A stretch of 49,426 nt of DNA, the filler included, from Streblomastix strix (lineage: Eukaryota), in NCBI GenBank assembly GCA_008636045.1. It is 3 parts of 3 records of this genome, joined end to end, with 100 filler letters (N's around TTAATTAATTAA, not from the genome) between each part and the next. Parts side by side here need not be neighbours in the genome. Positions count along the whole stretch, not along the records: positions 33,019 to 49,426 come from SNRW01000819.1; 2 more parts are not named here. One strand, given 5' to 3'. Shown here in pieces: positions 39,801-49,426 of this stretch (position 1 is its first letter; every line of letters starts with the position of its first letter). Under the pieces are notes generated by a model. It was not told the DNA's origin. It saw nothing but the letters and a program-made list of their open reading frames with translations, and did no database searches. Both the position numbers and the translations under genes were made by a program.

Positions 39801-42585
39801 ATGAAGCTAAATTCCATATTTATTCGGTTCCCTATTAATTATCTTACAATAATAATTATTATTAATTGTATTATTAATCAAATATTTAATATTTATTCAT
39901 ATTTCGTGGAGTAATAACAGAATATTAGTTATTTCCTATTTATTATTAATTTGGAGAAGATTATATTTATTATTATATTGGGCTGTGAGTTACATCAATT
40001 GATAATGAAGATTATTATTATTATTAATTAATATTGAGTGGATTGTTATATAATTTTTAATCTGTTCCAGTATCATCATGTATTACTTCATGCTAATCTT
40101 AAATTACTTCTCTTATTCTTTACAGTCTAAATGCGAGTAATATTATTCTGAATGTTATTTATCCAAATAAATTAGTTTTTTGTTTCTCTTTTTCTTCTGA
40201 ATATGTTTATTCCATTTATTCTACATTATCATTCATTTCTGTATTTAAATTCATTTCTGTATTCAAATTTATTTATCCTTTTTATTATTATTATTCAATA
40301 TATTACTACTATTATTAAATTTATGCTTTATTCGGAATTTATAATTCCGTTATATTGTTTTCGCCTTCTTTATATTATATTTATTATTCTTAATTTTGGC
40401 TAAATTCATTTTTTTCTTAATATATTCTAATATTATCTTTTTTATTTGAATTAATATCTGAATATGCATCAGAAGATGATTATTGAAGAGAAGGTTTCTA
40501 ATTATTATTTATTTAATATTCCTTTAATTTACCTTCGCCTGGTGGATTTATAATAGAAGCAATAGCATTTGATGTTAAATAAGGATTAGATTATGAAATA
40601 AGTGAGTTATTAGATGTTCTAAAAGGTCCTTTCTTAATATCAAGTAATCATCCACATATAAAACATTACTAATAATTATATCCTGATCCTCTTTTATACA
40701 TGTCCTGTTTGCGTTCATATGAATGAAATATTTATTATTTTGAATATGAGAATTATTATATATATGACTTTGGAGATGATTCAGTAATTGGAGGTTATCT
40801 TACTTAATATCTTTATAATTAGTTCTTTTATCTAATTGGCTTAAAAGGAATAGGATATTTAATTTATTATTATTGCTTATCATATACAATTTCCTGATTA
40901 GTTGTTTGCTCATTTAAAAGAGAAGATTTTGGAGATATATTTGTAGCTTTCTATATTTTACTTAAATCAATTTTAGTATTACTACCAATAAAAGAAGATT
41001 TTGTTTCTGTTCTTGTCAATGATCCTAATTTATTCATCTGTTCATCTATCCCTAATTGCTAAAAGGTAGACGGTGAAGATTAAATTTAATTTTTAGTATA
41101 TTTTTAGTTTTATTGATCAATTTTATTATTCTAATCGTTATTAATTAAATTGTCATTAGAGAGTGACAGCTACAATGAATTAATTGTGTATGTTGATATT
41201 GATGATGTCATTGAGGAGGAGGAAGAAGAAGAAGAAGAAGAAGTAAACATTGGAGGAAATAAAGAAGATGATGATGAGGATGAAGATGATGATGATGATT
41301 AAGATGACATATATGGTCTTGGTCTAGATTATGGTATTTATATTTATTTATTGGGTATAGATAATAATGGTAATGTTGGATGATTAGATAAACTACTACT
41401 TATTTAATGCTAATGAGGAAGAGGAGGTTTATTAGATGATTATTAAGAAGATATTGGTGATGTTTTATCTTTGCTGCTTCTTGCTGATTATTGCTGACTA
41501 ATTTTATCATCTTTTATTAATTTATTTTCATTTTGAATTGTTTATCCTTCTTATTTACTTATTGGTTATATTTCATTCTTGTATTCTTAATCAGATTATT
41601 ATTATTATTTATTTTCTTTTATATCTTCTTTCCAAGCTTATTGTACAATATTCATTTCAACTGGATAATATTCATCTATTTATTATTATTATTAATTATC
41701 AGTATCTAGATTGTCATTCATTTACTTTGTTTATTAAATTTAATAATAATCCTTTAAGTAATTTCTTACAAACATATTATCTTGTGCCATTTCTAAAGCT
41801 TTGCGTTTTAATTTTCTTTATTATTCTTCTTTCTTTTTCTTTTCTATTTCTTCAAATAATATCAATGAAGGATCATCTTTGGATCTCCTACTGAAATGAA
41901 TTCACTATTACAAAGGTTAGTATTATGGTTAAGAATAATAATTTATTCTTTATTATGAATATATAGAAGGTGTATTTATAGGCTATTTAACATAAGGAGA
42001 TTTAGAATGAGCTTTTAAATAATTATGATTAACTTATATTTTAGGAGATTGAGAAATGGAATTAGCATCTGGAGATGAAGGAGATTATGTCTGTGATTGT
42101 GAAATGTAATTATTAATTGATTTAATTGATACTGGTGATATGCTACGTGTTTATTATTAATTGTGAGTCCTTCTTAATTCTAATTCTTTCTACTCCCTCT
42201 GTCTTTCTTTCTCTCGAATTCTAATTTATTTCTTTATTTCATTTTTAGGTAATACATTCTTAGAAGGAGGTTGAATATTCTTAGGTCTTGGCCTTGAAAT
42301 TATTCTTTAATATGATGAAGAAGGACGTTATTTATTGTTTGATGTATTTGGGATTAGACTTTTATTAATTTCTAAATTCGATATACTTTATCTTCTATTA
42401 TGATTTTGTATAATACTTGATTGTGGCCTTTAATATTAATGAACAAGTTTTCCTGATGATTTATATTATGTAATAAAAACTGAATTATATTATGGGAGTT
42501 TATATGGTCTGTCTGTATTTAAAGTATTTGAAGCTGCAATATCAGACCAAATTGATTTATGCCCACTTTTTCTATGTGAACTCAT
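36847..42585 (-). CDS. Very large (~1,900 aa) low-complexity Gln/Asn/Ser/Pro-rich hypothetical protein
   Basis: ATG at 42585 (MSSHRKSGHKSIWSD). The same frame is open wherever spot-checked. (TAA)n/(TAG)n poly-Gln runs. C-terminal VPTYIQIIIPSLSSEQFNRLKQQPLFLSRTAKCCLDCC. TGA at 36847. Confidence 0.7.
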
Positions 42586-43381
42586 TAAACTGAACAAAAA
42601 ATATTGAAATAAGTTAATGAAAATAGTCAATTATTGATTGATTATTAACTGAGAATAAAGAATATTAAAAAATAAAGTATATACTATACAAAAGGAAGAA
42701 TGAGCTCAAATACAAATAAAGTGAATTGTTTCTCTGAGGCAGTTTTTAAATATATGATAATATTATATATAATGTGTTTATAAAATGTTCTATAGTATTA
42801 TGAATAATGATTTGTTAAAACTTTGCATTATTATTCGATTCAATATTCTTGAAGAACTTGAATTTTAAAATATGTTTTTTTAATGTGAGTTTAAAGGATA
42901 TTTTCAAAGTTAAAACAAAATATAATATATAAAATGGTTATAAAGTAATATTTATAGTTTGAAAAATATTCATATATTATATTTGGAAAACTGAGTATGA
43001 AATTATGATGTCTTGTTCTTTGCGAGCATAATAGAAATATGCACGTCTAATAAATCATTCTTTTGTTAAGAGAAATTAAATTAAAATATTCACTCTTGTA
43101 TTTAATTTGGAATAAATACAGTATACACTTAGTATCAAAGTCACACCAGATCTAGATATTTAGTTCTTTACCCAAGCAAATATTTAACCAAGATAAATTC
43201 AATTATATATAAATTTAATTAAATAAATCCAGATTATGTGAATGTTTAAGAAAATTCTTGATACAGAATTGAAAGAAACATACGACCTTGGCATATTAAC
43301 CATATAAAAATATATTGTTTTTAATTCATAATCATAATTATTTTTGTTTATTAATTATAGTTTAACTTCATAAATCGTAAT

Positions 43382-44348
43382 TCACATTATAATACAACTC
43401 CTAATATCAATTTCAAAGATAAATGAATATATTATTATATAAATAATATCTAACCTCTATTTTACAGCTGCATCATCAAGATTGTCTGCAGCTTTCTTAA
43501 TGTTCATTTATGTAATTGTATTTTTTGCTTCAATGTCATCTTATTAAAAACAAATCTAAATAATATTTCTAATGAATAACTACAAACCTAACATTTCTTA
43601 ATGACTTCTTACTAATACATTCATTTCATCCATTGTCTCCTTTAAATCAGTCTTCATTAACATACCAATAAATTCATTATATAAAATAAGTCTATATAAA
43701 ATAGTTAATAAAGATATTTCGTAATACCATATCTTTCCTTAGATTTTCCACTCTTCTATTTTTATCTTCAATTATGGATATGTAATAATCAGATTGATCA
43801 TTTTACTATTATTATTAATTTATTTAATTGTTCTTTGTCATTCGTCCATGTTATTGATTATCTTACTCTTCTTCAGATTCTCTAGAATATATATAACAAA
43901 TGAATAATATATATGAAGATATATCTTATACTCTTCTTATAGTCTTCTTTAGTGTTAATGTTCTCCTTCCTTCTGTATTCTCTCTTTTGTTTATTCAAAT
44001 TCTTTAATCAACATTTAAATACCATTCTCAAGTGAAGCACATTAAACTTTTCTTGCTGGGTATCCTTATGCTTCTCTTTTAAGTCTACTTGTATCTCTTT
44101 CTGAAAAACTAATAGTATATAATCAAGAATAAAATAGCATACCACAAGATTAAATCTCATTAATAAAATCATTAAGCTCTTATTCAATCTTTTTTATATC
44201 TCTCCATCACAATAAGTGAGTAGAACAATGAAAAATAGATATTATAAAAACATGCAAACTGGGTGAAATGAAGATTTTACATTCTGGTTTTTGTTGCATT
44301 AATTCGTAGGCGGATACTATCGGATAGCTCGCCAAAATCTAATTCCAT
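43382..44348 (-). CDS. Syntaxin-like (Qa) SNARE lacking a TM segment and ending in CaaX (CIIM)
   Basis: Helical N-terminus, then SNARE motif IIEDKNRRVENLRKDM|TDLKETMDEMNVLVRSHQEML|DDIEAKNTITQMNIKKAADNLDDAAVKQ. Last micro-exon gives R-SCIIM-TGA. The first intron boundary is uncertain. Confidence 0.75.
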
Positions 44349-44794
44349 TCTTAATTATTTATATTGAAATGTACATATAATTCAAGTTACTAAAAGTTTA
44401 ATAAAATGTCAATCATGTCACAAAATACAATAATTGGAAAACTTAATAAAAAAAGTTTTGGTTCTCAATATATGGAAGTTAAAATAGTAATTTACAAAAT
44501 TAATTGGGTTAATAATATATATTTTGGTTAAAATAATGGGGAAATATAGATATTAAATTAATATTCACACAGAAAAAGCGTATTTTTCAAAATTTTTATA
44601 CGATGATTAATTTGTAATTTTTAACATATAAAATATTATTTATGAATAAAATATCAATTAATAAATATTGTTCCATGGTGATTTCAACTGAAAAACTGTG
44701 AAATAATCCAAAGAAATTTTGGAATTCTGATATTTATCCACAAGGACAATTCAGATAAGGTATGTAAATTTATATAATTTATTATAAATACACT

Positions 44795-45074
44795 CAAAGA
44801 AATGATGAATTCCTCTTGAACATCATTTAGAACATTTCAGGGTTATCAGACATCAGAGAAGGTGAATTAGATCTAAAAGGATCAGTTCCGAAGTCATTTC
44901 TACGTTGAGGATAAGGATCAAATATATTACGTGGGAATCCATTATTATTGTCTTCTTATTCTTATACGCTATCTTATACCTTTCCCAATGAAGTATCATC
45001 ATCCCAATTTTCTTGTTCAATTTCTTCCTCATCTTCCCACGATTCCTTTTTTTCATCATTTTTTTTTGGCTCAT
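44795..45074 (-). CDS. Possible small acidic protein, apparently frameshifted at an A9 run
   Basis: Frame NDEKKESWEDEEEIEQENWDDDTSLGK..FDPYPQRRNDFGTDPFRS looks coding, but the ATG at 45074 reaches it only with a length change in the A-run at ~45059-45067. Confidence 0.35.
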
Positions 45075-45184
45075 AATAAAAAATTAAGTGGTAACGATTC
45101 GTTAAAAAGTGTAGCTTCAATTATTTATTATTGTTATTCACAATTAACAAGTGATAGATTATTAATCATCATTCAATATTCAAA

Positions 45185-46571
45185 TCAGCATAAACATTTG
45201 TTATCTATGATCACATTACCATATTCTTCATACTCATCTTTTGATACCCACCTTTATGAGAAGCTCTCAAGAGATGATAAAATGGCTCCTCCTAACCAAA
45301 CAGCAAATCTCTTATCATCATTAACATTTGAAGTAATGATCTTAACATGGACAGAGGCTGGAGATTTATCATTTAATTCTGAAAAAAAGCGATCGGGTAA
45401 TCCTTTCATGCAAGCTGTACCACCAACAAGTAATAATCCACTCCAAAGATCTCGTCTAATAGAAGCATCACATAACTTCACTGAATCAATTAACGTCTAG
45501 ATTAATGGATTCATAGTTATTGTAGATTATGAAGAACTTGATGATTACTCTCTTGATTGTACAAGTTTCATATTCACCAATTGTGTAATACCAACAGCTT
45601 CAAGTAATTAAGATGAGGTATCCCAAAGCAACTCTGGAATTAAGCTTTTACCTTTATCTATATTTATCACAGACCCATCTGGCAATTCATAATTGCAGAT
45701 TTCATCTTCCAATTCCTATGGGTCATTAATTGACTTTGGACAAATAATCAATTCTTATTCTTTTATTTGTTAGAGATAACAAATATTTCTATGATATTCA
45801 CAGAATGAATGTTTATATGTCTATTGATTAATCGAAGATTATGATGGATTAATCTAAGAAGTAAAATATTCTTTGGCATAATCTGGAATTTTTCCACTTT
45901 TGTCCTTATAAAATGGCTATATATACTATCCTTTCTTCTAATTAATATATACATCCAAAGCTTTTTATAATAGTTCACCAGCTATAACAGATCTCACAAC
46001 ACTTCGCGTCAATGTAAACCCATCAATAACAGCACAAGCAGAACTCAAGTGGTGACCAACATCCAAAACAAGTGCATTTGACCTTCCAACAGAGTATGTC
46101 GCTAATGAAGGACTTCTTGCAAGAAAACATAAATCTGCTTTGCCAGTCTCAAAAACTAGTTCAAATTAGCGATGACGCTCGCTTTATGGGGACCAAGCTG
46201 CTCCTGATAATAAAAGAGGCTTCTTCTCTCCAGATTTCCAGTTAAGGGCATGCTTGTTATAAAGAGCATAATTGAGGATTGCTTCATAGGCATCCCAATC
46301 TGCAACAAGTCCGTCTTATATGATATTGCCTATCTCCATATCGATTCTTGGATAACTTAGATCATCTCCTATAATTATATTGCTTCCAGAGTCGGACATT
46401 TTAGATCCAAAAGACTATGTAAAAAAGTGTGAATTGTTAAGAACAAAAATTAAATATGCAAACTGAAGGAATTACAAAGTGCGGACTATCATCACAACAA
46501 TCACCAATTCGTGTGGTTTGACCTCCACAGTCTATTATAGCAGCATGTGAATCGATTTTAGTCGAAATCAT
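45185..46571 (-). CDS. ARP4: Nuclear actin-related protein 4 (ARP4/BAF53-like)
   Basis: AAIIDCGGQTTRIG, IGDDLSYPRIDMEI, DGLVADWD, ELVFE, GRSNALVLDVG, YELPDG and RFAVWLGGAILSSLESFSQRWVSKDEYEEYG..NKCLC. One intron near the 5' end. Confidence 0.85.
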
Positions 46572-46933
46572 TCTGATGGCAAAGATATATAGGATAAAAA
46601 TAAAAAAAATATTATAAACGAATAACAAGGGGTAAATATATTAATAGTTGCAAAATTTTTCAATAAATATGCATATTAAGGTATTAATAAATAAATAAAG
46701 AAATGATAAAATATATTCGGAGAGAAATAACGATTTTTGTTTATGTGGCGATTTCCAGGGTGAATAAGTCTATAATAACATAGTTTGTATTAAAACTGAT
46801 TTTAAAGGAGTTTATATTGATAGTATTGAGTGTAATTAAGAGGAAATTAAAACTAAATGGTGAGAAATTAAAATTGATTGAATTGCATACCGTGTATATT
46901 AAATATATTAAATATTAATTTATTGAATTTCCC

Positions 46934-48647
46934 TCACTTTGATGAAATGTTATCTTAGCCTGTAAGCAATTCTAGAGCGAATAACTTCACCAATAAGCGT
47001 GCTCTCTATAAATCGTTCATTGCCCCATGATTGGACTCAGCAATCAAACTCAGTACCCGATTAATTTCGTTGTTGATAACACGATTCATGGCTTAAGTTT
47101 CTGTTTCTTCCAATTAATCTTTTTAGGAATTATGTTTGTTCTTGTGATCTACATTTTTAACTGCATCTTCTATATTACTGAGGTATGTTTTGAAAGTGTT
47201 AGCCAAGTAAGGATGTTACATTTAAACAGTACGTTTTGAAAGATGTCTGAATACCTGTGATCGAGTCTTCATATTGTGTGTAGTGTTTGTTGTATTTGCA
47301 TCTCCATCATCTTTATGTTCATTCTCACTCTCAGATGAAAAGTCAGATTCTTCTTATTCATCATCAATCAATCTTTCTTCTTCTATAATATTCTTACTGG
47401 ATTCTTTTTCTTCAGTTCTATTGTTATCTTCATCTAAAATAAACTGTCTATATTTTAAGATGTTTCTTCTGAATGATTTTATAGTTTTGTCTTCATCAAT
47501 CCATTCTATTTCTTATAGTGCTTGATTTTTTATTTCAGATAATTTATTTTGCTATTCTTTGAAGTCCAGAGTTACTGAATCATTGTATTATTTGTTATGA
47601 CGAATGAATATAGCTTAATCTCTTTCATATGCATCTACCTGTGTTTCTAATGGTTTGCGTAATGTTCCAATGCGAGCATTGATCCATCGTACAATTGTCT
47701 GATAATCTCGATGGAATCTGTAACGAATTATATCCTTACCTCCTTTATGAGTAACACGTTATTCTCTATTTTGCCATTTGGGTCTGTTCTTATCTTCCTC
47801 ATAACTTCTTTCTCTATCTTTTTATTGCATCTATTTTCTTAATTCATTTTATTCTTAATCTTTATTTTTATTCCAAATGGAAAACTCTTGTGGGCTCATT
47901 GATGCTATTTTCAATCTTCTATTAGAATCTTATTTATAAATATCATCTATAGAATTCATTGCTGGGAAAAGAATAATAGTTGGAAATCCACCGACCCCAT
48001 AAATATCTGCAAATGATCTGTTTGATCCTCCATCAACAAGACCAAATTGAATATGGTCTTCTTCTCTGAATGATAATGATACTTATTTGAATACATCTGG
48101 TAATGGAGCACAGTAACCACACCAATTAGCAGTGAAGGCTACAAATACATTTTGATCTGGATTCATAACATACTCAGTAAAATTTGAATAAGAAAGATGA
48201 TTAACAAAATTTGGTTGCTTTCTAACAAATATATTATATCTCTATATAAGAAATTGAACTAATGCATTGCTTGATAAATCATCATAGTGCTCCACTGGAT
48301 CCATATTTGGCCTATCAAAGAGTAAGTAGTGCGGGAATAACTCAACATTTAATCTTTCACATATTTAAGGAGATTTGCTGCAGTCAACGTGACCAAAGGT
48401 GAGGTTAGTGTTGTACGCATCAAATGTCTTTGCAACATCGTGAAACATTTTCTCTGAGCGCTTTGGCGTATTAATATTAGTGCTACTCACAAAATAATTA
48501 GTATATGAATAAAAATATAATTTCATACAATTGTACAAATATATGGCCATCTGTAACAGATTTATTAAAATTTGAATCCTTAAGAGATATAATCTGGCTG
48601 GAAGCGTAAGAAGATATAGTGAAAATCAATATAAAAACGCCTGGCAT
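46934..48647 (-). CDS. Protein disulfide isomerase-like protein (inactive Trx + WCGYC Trx + ERp29-like helical tail)
   Basis: Signal peptide MPGVFILIFTISSYAS. The first thioredoxin domain lacks CxxC. The second has FTANWCGYC (48110-48124) and GFPTIILF. Charged inserts follow, then a helical C-terminus INNEINRVLSLI..RARLLVKLFAL. Confidence 0.82.
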
Positions 48648-48854
48648 TGTTATTACTGTGAAAAAAATAAAGAAAAGTCATAAATCGAATTATAATAAAA
48701 ATAAATAGTTTTCATAAGTCGAATAATTAAATAATTATTATTTATTATAGTTAAAAAATATTTATGCAAAAAATGAAGAAATAAAAAGATTATGCAAATG
48801 GTTAGTAAAATATATAAACAATAAAAATTGGAAAAAAAAACGTGAATTTTTTCC

Positions 48855-49426
48855 TATCACTAAGAGTAATAATCAAACAAATGAATAAGAATAAGATTTT
48901 TAAACTATATATTATTGATAATGATTTTTTTAAGCAAAATTATAAACAATGGAGAGTAATTGGTAAACAAATTATGCTATTGAGTGTGTTTCCTCAGTTG
49001 GGGTTTGCGTTCAAATTATTGAAACTAAATTTTTGATTTGAATCTAAATATCCATGTATGTGCACTGATCTACTTTCTAGTTTTGTAGTTCGTTTTGTGA
49101 AACCCATCGAAATTGTGTTTTTCATCATGTTCCAAGAGAGAATTATAATGAGATTATTTAAATATTAGCTCCACATTTTTCCATAATCAACATGGACAGG
49201 TTAAAATGGAAAAAAATTTATTTTTCTCTAAATTTAAAGTCTTTTATAAAACTTTATCCAAATATTTCAATGTTTTCAATACGATCAATTAGTCATTAAG
49301 AATCCACCGATTGAGAAATATTAAACAATACTTGAATGTAATATGATTTATAAAAGATGATACATATTCGAAGATGGTTCATTGCAATTTGTTTTATATC
49401 TCATTTATCCAATCAAATCGGATCTG
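48855..49426 (-). repeat. Right copy of ~570-bp inverted repeat bounding contig 3
   Basis: Ends ..CCAATCAAATCGGATCTG, the exact reverse complement of the contig start CAGATCCGATTTGATTGG.. Confidence 0.96.

Noticed and set aside
4776..44348. Functional clustering of the Ste24 CaaX protease with the CaaX syntaxin
   Set aside because: They lie on different, unlinked contigs.
1296..49036. Supplied ORF track as real proteins
   Set aside because: It assumes TAA/TAG are stops. Most entries are wrong-frame or antisense shadows (e.g. 12116-12490, 12119-12442, 38457-38717), and the remainder are fragments of longer genes.
49105..49175. HVPRENYNE as an RNase H C-terminal motif inside the inverted repeat
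   Set aside because: The catalytic AD is missing, no upstream RNase H motifs are present, and long open frames arise by chance when TGA is the only stop.

Overview
Very AT-rich eukaryotic DNA read with a non-standard code. TAA and TAG encode Gln and TGA is the only stop, and genes carry short GT-AG introns, so the supplied standard-code ORF track is mostly fragments or wrong-strand shadows. This code, intron style and gene content fit an oxymonad such as Streblomastix (inference, not verified). The window is three unlinked contigs of near-identical length (1-16410, 16511-32918, 33019-49426) joined by N44-TTAATTAATTAA-N44 spacers. Contig 1 carries a Ubl-Ubl-Cys-rich-RING-H2 fusion, ZNF207/BuGZ, TAF10, a Ste24 CaaX protease, MOB4/phocein, a PHO80-like cyclin, a formin and a truncated coiled-coil/SPRY-like gene. 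Contig 2 carries an unknown Ubl-led gene, two paralogous Pmp-like beta-helix surface proteins, a decayed Polinton-like protein-primed DNA polymerase with an inserted HNH domain, nearby short repeats and a SPRY-like gene fragment. Contig 3 is bracketed by a ~570-bp inverted repeat and carries a Toc34/AIG1-like GTPase, a giant Gln-rich protein, a syntaxin ending in a CaaX box, ARP4 and a PDI/ERp29-like protein. Nearly every gene has a splice-acceptor-like AG just before its ATG. All translations were done by hand and no database searches were run.
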